Of a DNA stretch of 64,000 bases, positions 1 to 10,803 are shown in pieces. The position numbers and the translations under genes are program-made. The stretch covers positions 109,430,001-109,494,000 of the forward strand of contig NC_135809.1 of NCBI RefSeq assembly GCF_964213995.1, written 5' to 3'. The first letter of the stretch is position 1. The number at the start of each line of letters is the position of its first letter. The notes beneath the pieces were generated by a model. It was not told the origin of the DNA. It did not search any database and was given only the letters and a program-made list of their open reading frames with translations. This DNA is from Mustelus asterias (Eukaryota).

Positions 1-256
1 GCGTGCAACATAAACCCATATATCATCACTGATCCAACAGCAGAGGTCACTGGCTTCGACCTCCAACAAGACAGTGGATGGCACTCAACATTGTGAGTGC
101 CCAATAAGGGGCAATCTGGGGTGCGATTGTGACCATCAGTTCCTGACAATGGAACGCATTGCAATAACCTTTCCACTAATATCTGTTGCAGGAGGCATCT
201 CATTTCTTCACTCAGAAGCCACAGAATGGATAGTAAAACCAGACATCTCATTATAA
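1..256 (+). mobile_element. Degenerate 3' end of non-LTR retrotransposon (Ingi/Vingi-like)
   Basis: Frameshifted DPTAEVTGFDL..QWMALN...CDCDHQFLTMERI...GGISFLH..ATEWI..DISL* resembles the C-terminal zinc-knuckle region of this group. Confidence 0.5.
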
Positions 257-754
257 GCTGTCCTCGTCATACAAGAGTAGTAATAGTGAAAAAAATGAAA
301 AATTGTGATAAGAAAGCTCATTGAGTTGGAACTAATGCCCTTACATAGAGTTGATTCTATACCTTAACTTAGAATGGTTAATGTTGATGGAACACAGTGG
401 AAAATGGTATTGCAGAATCTACTCCCTTCATCATTAAGAGTCCAAACCTGAAATAATCACATCTCTTCTTTTCACAGCTGCTAGTGGACCTGCTGTTTAT
501 TCCTAGTGTTTTCTACTTTCAATTCCAATATGCCATCTCTTTTACGTTTTGTTGTAAATTATTCTATCAACATCACTAAAAACATACCATCAAGTCTTTA
601 TTGCATTGATGTTTGTGAGAACTTGCTGTGCACAAATTGGTTGCCGTATTTCCCAGTTACAATAATCAGTTGGAAAGCATTTTGATGCTTTGAAAAAAAA
701 TTCCTTTCCCATTCTGAATAATAATTTATCTCCTCCTGCACCCCCCCCCCCCCC

Positions 755-1328
755 AACTGTCTGTGAGTTAGGAAGTCTAGGATCCAGTTGCAGAGGGAGG
801 AGCTGAGCCCGAGGCCACAGAATTTGGAGATGTGTTTTGTAGGAATAATGATGTTCAAGGTTGAGCTGTAGTCAACAAATAGGAGTCAGACATAAGTGTC
901 CTTGTTATCCAGGTATACCAGGGTTGAGTGTAGGGCTAGGGAGATGGCGTCTGCTTTGGACCTATTGCAGTGATAGACTAACTGTAGTGGATCCAGTCAA
1001 TTGGGTGGCACGGTGACACATTGGTTAGCACTACTGCCTCTCAGCACCAGGGACCCGGCTTCGATTCCTGGTTTCGGTCACAGTCTGTGTGGAGTTTGCA
1101 CACTCTCCCCGTGTCTGCGGGGATTTTCTCCCGGGTGCTCCGGTTTCCTCCCACAGTCCAAAGACGTGCTGGTTAGGTGCATTGACCCGAACAGGTGCCG
1201 AAGTGTGGCAACTAGGGTAATTTCACAGTACCTTCATTGCAGTGTTAATATAAGCCTTACTTGTGACTAACAAATAAACTTTAACTTTCTGGAAGGCCGG
1301 AGTTGATCCGTGCCATGACTAACCTTTT
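755..1328 (-). mobile_element. Rex1/Babar-type LINE RT fragment, interrupted by a SINE
   Basis: Minus-strand RLVMARINSGLP, LDPLQ and [18 protein letters not shown] motifs lie on both sides of the SINE at 1003-1286. Confidence 0.8.
1003..1286 (+). mobile_element. HE1/V-type tRNA SINE (type-2 tail)
   Basis: tRNA-like head, V-domain (GTGTGGAGTTTGCAC...GGTTTCCTCCCACAGTCCAAAGA), tail TTCACAGTA..TTGTGACTAA..AATAAACTTT. Confidence 0.9.
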
Positions 1329-1591
1329 CTACACATGCCCATGGACACTGTTTGACATTTTATACAAATTTACCATTTCCTATTCCAATATCTTCTCGGC
1401 TTGGTTGGTAGTGAATGTTGGAGATTCAGTACAGTAATGAGTACTGCACTACTGGCGCATCTTCTTTTGAATGGACTATTTAAGCGAGGCTTCATTCTTC
1501 TTAAGGTGGATGTTAAAGAGACTATTCTATTTCAAAGTAGAAAGGTAGTGTTCTGGCCATTATTGAAACTGGAGAGCTCTTTTCTTTTTTA

Positions 1592-1770
1592 TTCATTCGT
1601 GGGACATGGGCATTGCTGACTGGCAAGCCCATCCCTAGTTACCCAAGGGCAGTTGAGAGTCAACCACATTGCTATGGCTCTGGAGTCACATGTAGGCCAG
1701 GTCACGTAAGGATGGCAGATTTCCTTCCCTAAAGAATGTTAGTAAACCAGATGGGTTTTACCAACCTTCG
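1592..1770 (-). mobile_element. Fragment of a second CR1/L2-group LINE family
   Basis: 3' end motif is shared with copies at 5650-6250, 17185-17780, 40088-40385 and 43585-43765. Confidence 0.55.
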
Positions 1771-1857
1771 ACCAATGTTCCATATTGCCAATATTGGAGA
1801 TATATATGTAAATTTATGTGTACCTGTACTAATGATCTACTGATTTATGTTTTGCAG

Positions 1858-2166
1858 CTTTTCCTACTCTTAATGCGATCATCAGTGAGCCAAGGAATCC
1901 TGTGATTGGAAAACAATTGACTTTGACCTGCAAAGTGCATTCATTTTACCCTAAAGATATTACTGTTCGATGGCTGAAAAATGAAGATGTTATTACGGAT
2001 ACAGAAACATCTGAAATAGTTAATTCTGAAAATGTGTTGTATGAACTTACCAGTTCATGCACATTTACTGCAACATTATCAGACCTAAACAGTAAATGTA
2101 AATGCCAGGTTCATCATGAGAGTCTTATGTATCCAAGGTTTGCAGAATATATAACTGAAAGCTTAG
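1858..2166 (+). CDS. Multi-Ig (C1-set-like) gene, first exon in window; canonical C1-like domain
   Basis: tttgcAG acceptor and G|GTATGT donor; 309 nt, phase 1/1. Translation (x)FPTLNAIISEPRNPVIGKQLTLTCKVHSFYPKDITVRWLKN...KCKCQVHHESL has LTC, FYP, W and CxVxH motifs. Confidence 0.93.
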
Positions 2167-2792
2167 GTATGTTTATTCTTAGTTTAAAAACATTTCTACA
2201 ATATAAAAATGAGGATGTCTTATTTATAATCAAATTATCTTGCATTCTAATTTCACAAAATGGATTCAGGGAAATTAATGGTGGTAAAATCTTTCACTTT
2301 TCATGCTTGAATGTAGTTGTCAGCTGTTTCTGTTGTTTGCACTACTGGAATTTAAAAGTGCTCTAATGGTACAAAATGGTTAAGTGCACCTCATAGTACC
2401 CCAAATAGGTTTGTAAGAGAATTTCACTACTACATGTAATTATTCAGGGCAGATTTCAGCTGAGACACAGGTTATGCTGGTAGCTATCTTATTTTGGCTG
2501 TGGTAAAATCAGCTTACTGTCATCAAAATGAAATTCAGTTTTGAAGTTATTGGTGCATTGACGGGAATTTTTTGTTCCTCGGGCCTTATAAATTTTTGGC
2601 GTGCTGTACTTAAAATAATCCAAGTGAAGAGGAGAGGAAACTGCACAAAACTGGGTGCAAGAAATTGGGTTACATTCTTACTAGGCATATTAAAAGTAGA
2701 TCTGGTATTGGTGAAATGGTATTGTCCATTAAAATGTCTTATTTCTCAAAAACATGAACAGTGTTCAGGAAATTATGCTTGACCAGACATTA

Positions 2793-2918
2793 GGCCCTGA
2801 TTTTACCGGCACGCCCGCCCGGGGCTCGTAAGATCGCACCCAAGGCCAACGGAGAATGCCATTCTATGAGCCTCGCCCGCCCCGGTTTCGAGGCGGGTGT
2901 GCCCGTAAAATTAGGGCC
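2793..2918. mobile_element. 126-bp MITE (Harbinger-like)
   Basis: TIRs GGCCCTGATTTTACCGGCACGCCCGCC / GGCGGGTGTGCCCGTAAAATTAGGGCC, flanked by TTA and TAA. Confidence 0.8.
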
Positions 2919-3434
2919 TAAGTCCTTGATTTTGTAAATTTTACTAGAAAAACAAACTATTTCTACTGTGGAATGACAAATCAGCAGCACGATTATTACA
3001 TTGTCTTTATTCCCAGTGTTTGAAATTATATATAACCCAATTACTCTGTTGCAAGTTCAGGTAATGTACCAAAATCCTAGTGACAATCTTACGATAGTTA
3101 TTCTCAGTTGAAGCTACAATTTTCCTGATCTGCATAATGTTCTAGTGATAAAACATAGTTATTTTTTGGAAAGAAAGACTGAGTATTTCTGTGGAGTTTT
3201 GCAATGATAAACTAACCTAGAGAATAACATTAATTTAAAATAAAACTTGTTTGCATATGTGGGGCTATCTAAATATAGGACTGAATGTTAATAGCCTACT
3301 TGTTTGCTGCTTTCCAGTTACAGGCCCTGAATAAATTCAACATAGTTTGTTACACAATTTTTGGTACTTATGTCTGCAACAAATATTGGAACGATGTACT
3401 TCAGTTTTTCCTGATGTATTTCTTTTTATTTCAG

Positions 3435-3761
3435 TATCTTTCCCTAAAGTCTCTGAAATTACCTGCAGTCCTGCCACCCCTGAACTAGGGAGAGAATTGA
3501 CTTTAACCTGTAAGATAAGTGACTTTTATCCAGAGGATATTCAAGTTGAATGGCTCAGAAACGAGGTGAGAATAAATGACGATGTAAAATACGGAGTAGT
3601 TAAGGGAACATCACAATGTGAAAATGGTCTGTACAACAACATCTCCACAGTAACCATGACTCCAAGTTCTGATGATCATCAAGCTGAGTATAGAATTGAA
3701 GTTTGTCATTCCAAATCTTCAACCAAACCTTTCAAACAATGTTACCAGCTATTTCTTAAAG
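3435..3761 (+). CDS. Multi-Ig gene exon; C1-like domain with displaced second Cys
   Basis: ttatttcAG acceptor and G|GTGAGT donor; 327 nt, phase 1/1. VSFPKVSEITCSPATPELGRELTLTCKISDFYPEDIQVEWLRN...AEYRIEVCHSK. Confidence 0.93.
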
Positions 3762-4685
3762 GTGAGTTATTTTTCTGTTTGGCGAAGCGAGCTGTGTTGG
3801 CAATTTTTCAAAGATCTTAATGATAACAGGATTTGTGTCTTGCTCTGTGGGAGGTTAAAAATGCATAAAAATGTATTTAAAATGCTAAAACATCATCTTA
3901 ATTGTGCAATTATGTCTTCCCTTCCATTTTATTTGTTCTGAATGAGTGGCTCGATTTGCCACTGTTTAATTAACATTATTGAAAAATATACGTACAAACA
4001 TACAAATTAAGAGCAGGCGTAGGCCCCTTGAGGCCGCTCCTAATTATACAAAATTTGCCAATGTTAGTATCATTTTCTGCTTCATCTTGGCCTGTGGAGC
4101 CTAAGATAAACATGTACGACAATGAAAGGTCTGCTTACTATGTTTAACTTTTGAATATTGTTACAATGAGGTTAGCAGGAATGAACTGACTCCTTTCTTT
4201 ATCCCATTCCTGAGTTAGTTGTGACGGAATTTGAATTTTAACGGAAGCTGTTGTGGCCAATGCAATTATATATTTAACTGTGTATAGCTCGGTGCAAGAA
4301 ATAAGCCAGCCAGGTTCCTCAAGTTTACAGAAGTTAGTTTTTTAGTTGCTGAAGCTTAATCAGGTAAACGTGCGGAAAAAAATTCACAAAAGTTTTAAAA
4401 TGTGCAAATATGTTTTAATAGTCCTGTTGCAAAAACAACACACAAACACTCCAAACATGCACAAAATGAGAAAAAATTCTAACTGCCAGATCTTAAAATA
4501 AAATTGGCCAAGTAGCAAGTCAGAAAAAAAAATTCATAAATCGTCCAAGAGGACTTTTGTTTTAGAGCTGAAGAGTCCCTTTCCACGTTGGAGCAGTCAC
4601 CTGCAATCATGGCTGGTTGATTCCAAATTCTCCTTCGAGAACTCTTCATTTGTAGCAATAAAGTCTCAAATTACAAACAGCTCAG

Positions 4686-5398
4686 CTTTGACAAGGTACC
4701 GCATGGTAGGCATAAAGTTAAATCTCACGGGATCCAGGGTGAGGTATCTAAATGGATACAAAATTGACTTCTTGACAGAAGCCAGAGGGTAGTTGTAGAG
4801 AGTTGTTTTTCAAACTGGAGGCCTGTGACCAGCGTGCGCCTCAGGGATCAGTGCTGGGCCCACTGTTATTTGTCATTTACATTAATGATTTAGATGAGAA
4901 TATAGGGGGCATGGTTAGTATGTTTGCATACTAGGATGCTACCGGGACTTGATAGATTGAGTTATAAGGAGAGGCTAAATAGATTGGGACTTTTTTCTTT
5001 GGAGCGTAGGAGGCTGAGGGGTGACCTTATCGAGATCTATAAAATAATGAGGGGCATAGACAAGGTAGATAGTCAATATTTTTTCCCAAAGGTAGGGGAG
5101 TCTAAAACTGGAGGGCATAGGTTTAAGGTGAGAGGGGAGAGAATCAAAAGTGTCCAGAGGAGCAATATTTTCACAGAGGGTGGTGAGTGGCTGGAACAAG
5201 CTGTCAGAGGTAGTAGTAGAGGCGGGTACAATTTTATCTTTTAAAAAGCATTTAGATAGTTACATGGGTACGATGAGTATAGAGGGCTATGGGCCAAATG
5301 CGGGCAATTGGGATTAGTTTAGGGGTTTTTAAAAAAAGGGCGGCATGGACAAGTTGGGCAGAAGGGCCTGTTTCCATGCTGTAAACCTCTATGACTCT
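4686..5398 (+). mobile_element. CR1 (HER1-like) LINE 3' fragment with internal deletion
   Basis: FDKVPHG and GLFSLERRRLRGDLIE motifs; 3' tail ...CTGTAAACCTCTATGACTCT. Confidence 0.9.
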
Positions 5399-5649
5399 GA
5401 GAGAGGTTTCAGAAGAGAGATGGGGTAACTATCTTACACCCAGCATATTTTTTTCACCCAAGAGCTGGAACACGTGACCCCTCTCTGAGAGCTGCATAGA
5501 TTCAGGGTCTCTACAAAAGCAGCTGTTATCCTCCACTAATTCAGCGTAGTGGCTGCTGTAGCCAGTATCCTTTGGTTAGAAAAAAAAATTCAGCCGATCG
5601 TGTTATAGATTAATATTTTAGATAACATATCTTCATAACAGTATGAAGG

Positions 5650-6250
5650 AAAACCTGAGCACATCCTCTTGATATTCAATGGCATTATCATCATTGAATC
5701 CCCACCATCAATATCCTGGAGTCACCAATAGCCAGAAACTCTATTGGATAAACCACATAAATGTCTCAGCCACTAGAGCAAGTTAGGTTGACACTCCGTG
5801 ATGAGTGGCTCATTTGAATCACCAGAGCCTTTCCACTTCTACAAAGCTGTGATTGATTACTGTCTGTGTAGCTCTTTGGGTGCACTTCAGCAACAATGAA
5901 GAATCTCACCATTAAATAATGTAGGCTCCTTAATTGACACCCTGTCTGGTATAAATGTTCACTTATTCCACCTGTGGTGTACTGTGGGTGCAATGTGAAC
6001 TATGTACAGGAAACACTGCAACAAGTTGTCAAAACATCTTCCGCTTAACCTCCCAAACCTGTGATCTTCAGCACCTGGAAGGACATGATTTGGACATATA
6101 ATGCCATTCCTTCTACACCTAGGCCAAATTCCTGAAATTCCCTACCCAACAACACTACGGGAACCTGCATGCAGCAGTTTATCACCTCTCTGAGGGTGAA
6201 TAGAGGTGAGTAACAAATGGCAGCCTTGTCAGTAAGACCCATCCAAAAAA
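5650..6250 (+). mobile_element. Old CR1/L2-group LINE 3' fragment
   Basis: Degenerate match to the copies at 17185-17780 and elsewhere. Confidence 0.55.
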
Positions 6251-6332
6251 TAATTAAAATGACATCTTGGCAGATAGGATGTGGCTTAGTTTGGTCTTTT
6301 GTATTAATTAAATATTATTTCTCTGTTTATAG

Positions 6333-6647
6333 GCTCGCCAAAATTTTCAAAGATCAAAATGAAGCCAGAGAACCCTTTGTATGGCCAGCCTTTATCTGTG
6401 TCGACTTCAGTGTATGAAATTCCCCATAACAATGTTACAGTCGAATGGTATAAAGCATCTGAGCGTATTAAATATGTCAAAAATTCAAATCCTGTGCTTA
6501 GCAGTGAAAACACTTACAAAATAGATAGTCATCTGGAGTTTACAGTGACTGCAGAAGACTTTGAAAGAGATTTATACTTTCTGTACAAAGACAATTCTAA
6601 AACTGATGTACCTGAATTCAAAAGACGTATTCAACTGCCACTTAAAG
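6333..6647 (+). CDS. Multi-Ig gene exon; cysteine-free Ig-like domain
   Basis: ctctgtttatAG acceptor and G|GTGAGT donor; 315 nt, phase 1/1. GSPKFSKIKMKPENPLYGQPLSVSTSVYEIPHNNVTVEWYK...QLPLK aligns by eye with neighbouring domains (PxxSxI..P..P..G..L, core W). Confidence 0.85.
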
Positions 6648-6957
6648 GTGAGTGTATCTCATACATTTATCTTTATATATGTTTGGAAAAGCAGGTTTTG
6701 TTGATAATGCATATGAAAATAAATATATAATACAGCATTGAAGATGATCACCCTGTTTTGCTGAACAACAAAGGAATCGTTTTCATTGTTCGCCTCACGT
6801 ACAGTTGCGAACAAACCTTTAGTGGGTTTGTCAGGAGAGTTTTTCCAGCTTCATCTAAATTGCTCCAATTTAAATGAAGCTGGGGCAATATCTGTCTGTG
6901 TAGCTCTTTGGGTGCACTTCAGCAACAATGAAGAATCTCACCATTAACTAAAACAGG

Positions 6958-7084
6958 CTAATGGGAGAATTGCAGGGTAAATACATGGGGTTATGGCGAT
7001 AGGGCCTGGGTGGGATTGTTGTCGGTGCAGGCTGGATGGGCTGAATGGCCTCCTTCTGCACTGTAGGGCTTCTATGATTCTATA
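6958..7084 (+). mobile_element. HE1 SINE 3' part (CR1-type tail)
   Basis: GGGCCTGGGTGGGATTG...TGGCCTCCTTCTGCACTGTAGG..TTCTATGATTCTAT. Confidence 0.8.
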
Positions 7085-7728
7085 ATCTTAGATGGACTTT
7101 ATTAGCAGGGAATCTGTGACATCTGTGAACAGGTCTAGTAGCCTGCAGACTTCAACAAGATTGAAGACTCTTCACTGATGCATGCAGATATCAAAGCTGG
7201 AAGTAAAAACAAAAATAAAGATAATTCACATTAAAAGCATACAAGAAGCTTAAATAAACCACATGGGATCAATGGAAATATGAAAAATGTACAAAACAGA
7301 AATGCTATATAAAAATATCATTAAATTTTCATATTTCTTCTGAAGGACTGAGACTCCACACTTGTCAAAATTAATTTTTCAGGGCTGTTAAAGTTGTGGT
7401 TAATCCTGATTGAGCAGGCCAACTTTTTCATTCATTTTTAAAGTGAGAATAATGGATAAATGAACTCAAGGCTTACACCGTGATAGTGATTTCTGTGCAG
7501 ATTCCATTGGCGAAGCCAAAGGAGGGGCAGGATATCACAGATAACATTTGTTTGTGCAAGTGAATTTTTATTATTTTATACCACTCTTTGGAACTTAAAA
7601 TAAATGTTCAACTTGAATAGTTACTGAGAAAGCTTTTTAAGTCCTTAAAACCATAAAAATAAATGTATTTTTAGGAGTCTCATTGCAGTTGATATTTTTG
7701 TTACATTTTGTTTCTGCATTTTTCACAG

Positions 7729-8036
7729 CTGTGACTCCCAAAGTATCAGAAATCAAGTGTCATCCTGCTCGGCCCAAAAATGGTGAAAATGTTACTCTTA
7801 CTTGCATGGTTCAACATTTTTGCCCAGTGGACATACATATTCTTTGGAGCAAGGGATGGACGGAATACAAGGATAAGCAAAGTGTCGAAACACCCAGAAT
7901 TGACAGCAAGGGACTTTACTCCACAGTTACGAAGTTGTCTATCGTCGCAAATACAGGTTCAGCAGAGTACAGCTGTGAAGTTCGGCACACAAAAACCAAT
8001 GATATTATAGAGAAGATGTTCATTCTGCATGTTTAG
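7729..8036 (+). CDS. Multi-Ig gene, last coding exon (C1-like domain then stop)
   Basis: ttttcacAG acceptor, phase 1. AVTPKVSEIKCHPARPKNGENVTLTCMVQHFCPVDIHILWSKG...AEYSCEVRHTK...LHV*; TAG at 8034-8036 is followed directly by GTATGT. Confidence 0.9.
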
Positions 8037-8138
8037 GTATGTTCTGCAATTTCCGTGCTCCTTAATAATTTGCTTTTAATACTAGCCATTTTTGAACAAT
8101 TAAACAAGATAGATCCAGCTTGAGGAGGTGGAGACCTG

Positions 8139-8235
8139 AAATAAAAACAGAAAATGCTGGAAAAGCCCAGCAGGTCTGGCAGCACCTGTGGGGAGTGAAA
8201 CAGTTCACTTTTTGAGTCGGTGTGACTCTTCAGCG
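8139..8235 (-). mobile_element. Degenerate Penelope-like terminal-repeat remnant (second family)
   Basis: Minus strand CTGAAGAGTCACACCGACTCAAAAAGT...CACAGGTGCTGCCAGACCTGCTG..TTTTCCAGCATTTTCTG; similar remnants near 440-525, 21900-21990, 31630-31680 and 46030-46125. Confidence 0.45.
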
Positions 8236-8285
8236 ATGGAGAGCAATAATGATTGTGTACCTCGGAAGCTCATTGAAGCACTACT

Positions 8286-9711
8286 AGAGTCATAGAGGTT
8301 TGCAGCATGGAAACAGGCCCTTCAGCCCAACTTGTCCATGCCGCCCTTTTTTTGAACCCCGAAGCTAATTCCAATTGCCCGCATTTGGCCCATATCCCTC
8401 TGTACCCATTTTACCCATGTAACTGTCTAAATGCAGTTAAAAGACAAAATTGTACCCGCCTCTACTGCTACCTCTGGCAGCTTGTTCCAGACACCCATCA
8501 CCCTCTGTGTGAAAGAATTGCCTCTCTGGACCCTTTTGTATCTCTCCCCTCTCACCTTAAACCTATGCCCTCTAGTTTTAGACTCCCCTACCTTTGGGAA
8601 AAGATATTGACTATCAAGCTGATCTGTGCCCCTCATTATTTTATAGACCTCTAAAAGATCAACCCTCAGCCTTCTATGCTCCAGAGAAAAAAGTCCCAGT
8701 CTATCCATCCTCTCCTTATAACTCAAACCATCAAGTCCGGGTAGCATCCTAGTAAATCTTTTCTGCACTCTTTCCAGTTTAATAATATCCTTTCTATAAT
8801 AGGGTGACCAGAACTGTACACAAATTATTCCAAGTGTGGCCTTACCAATGTCTTGTACAACATCAACAAGACGTCCCAATTCTTGTATTCAATGTTCTGA
8901 CTGATGAAACCAAACATGCTGAATGCCTTCTTCACCACTCAGTCCACCTGTGACTCCACTTTCAAGGAGCTATGAACATGTACCCCGAGATCTCTTTGTT
9001 CTGTAACTCTCCCCAACGCCCTACCATTAACTGAGTAAGTCCTGCCCTGGTTCAGTCTACCAAAATGCATCACCTCGCATTTATCTAAATTAAACTCCAT
9101 CTGCCATTCATCAGCCCATTGGCCCAATTGATCAAGATCCTGTTGCAATCAGAGATGACTTTCTTCACTGTCCACTATGCCACCAGTCTTGGTATCATCT
9201 GCAGACTTACTAACCATGCCTCCTATATTCTCATCCAAATCATTAATATAAATGACAAATAACAGTGGACCCAGCACTGATCCCTGAGGCACACAGCTGG
9301 TCACAGGCCTCCAGTTTGAAAAACAACCCTCTACAACCACCCTCAGAAGCCAATTTTGTACCCATTTAGATACCTCACCCTGGATCCCGTGAGATTTAAC
9401 CTTGTGCAACAACCTACCATGCGGTACCTTTTCAGAGGCCTTACTAACGTCCATGTAGACAACATCAACTGCACTGCTCTCATCTACCTTCATGGTTACC
9501 CCTTCAAAAAACTCAATCAAATTTGAGAGACATGATTTTCCACCCACAAAGCCATGCTGACTGTTCCTAATCAGTCCTTGCATCTCTAAATGCCTGTAGA
9601 TCCTATCTCTCAAAATACCTTCCAACAACTTACCCACCACAGATGTGAGGCTCACTGGCCTGTAGTTCCCAGGCTTTTCCCTGCATCCCTTTTTAAACAA
9701 AGGCACAACAT
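8286..9711 (-). mobile_element. CR1 LINE, 5'-truncated ORF2 (RT)
   Basis: ORFs 9149-9706, 8939-9148 and 8427-8879 carry [28 protein letters not shown] and WQMEFN. Confidence 0.95.
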
Positions 9712-9879
9712 GGTACTAGTTCAAAAGCACTAAAAGATTTTGTCACTGTGGTCTTCATCCAATTTAAAAGTCTCCTCTATTACAAAATGTAATATAATTA
9801 ACAGATACAACAGCTTTTAGGTGTGTGTAATTGTTCACTATTAACATTAATGACCTGGGGGTGGGGTGGGTGGGAGGTA

Positions 9880-10803
9880 AAGGTTTCCGAATTTGACGAT
9901 GATACGAAGAGGATGAAAGGGCATGTTGTGAGGGTATTGTGAATCTGCAACGGGATATAAATAGATGGGTAACTGGGTGGAAACCTGGCAAATGGAGTGT
10001 AATGTGGGGAAATGTGAGGTCACGCACTTCACTAGGAGGAATCAAAAAGCAGATTATCATCTAAATGGAGGAGACTGCAAGTGGGTGAAGTACAGAGGGA
10101 TCGAGGTGTTCTAGTTCATGAATCCCAAAAAGCTAGCAAGCAGATCCAACAAGTCAATAAGTAGGCAAATGGCATTTTTGGTCTTTATTGCAAAGGGGTT
10201 GGAGTGTAAAAATAGGGAGGCTTTGTTGCAATTGTACAGGGTGTTGGTGAGGCCTCACCTGGAATACTGCAGACGATCTTGGTCCCCTTACCTAAAAAAG
10301 GATATTGTAACATTGGAGCCAGTCCCAAGGAGATTCACCAGGCTAATTATTGGGATGAGATGATTGTACTATCAATAGAGACTAAAAGTCTGGGTCTTCA
10401 TTCCTCTGAGTTTAGATGAGTGAGGAGTGACCTTATTCAAACATGCTTGACAGGGTATATGGTGAGATGTTCTCATTAGTGGGAGAGTCTCGAACAAGGG
10501 GACATAGCTATAAGATAAAGGGCCGGTCACTTAAAACTGAGGTGCGTAGACATTTCTTCTCACATAGGATGGTGAATCTCCAGAATTCTCTGCCGCAAAG
10601 ATAGTGGAGGTTGGGTCATGAGAAGAATTTAAAGTGGAGGTGGATAAATATTTGATAGATCAAGGGATAGATAGAGGGCTCTAGGGAAATGGCACAGAAA
10701 AGGAGTTGAGGCCAGCATAGATCAGCCATGAACGTATTGAATGGTGGGGCAGACTTGAAGGGCCTGGTGGCCTATTCCTGCTTCTAGTTCTTGTGTTCTT
10801 GTG
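9880..10803 (+). mobile_element. Older CR1 LINE 3' fragment
   Basis: LYRVLVRPHLEYC motif; tail TTCTTGTGTTCTTG. Confidence 0.85.

Noticed and set aside
1001-1270. Recurrent ORFs such as WLALLPHSARDPGSIP..CLCGVCTFSPCL, and possible tRNA genes
   Set aside because: These are SINE translations; the heads are tRNA-derived but do not form complete cloverleaves.
4370-5640. Possible minus-strand solo LTR split by CR1
   Set aside because: Only one plausible terminus (..CATAACA) and no TSD could be identified.
1858-8036. Calling the Ig exons IgM/IgW/IgNAR, TCR or MHC
   Set aside because: Domain starts and Cys patterns do not match constant regions I recognise, and there is no secretory tailpiece, TM exon, J segment or RSS.
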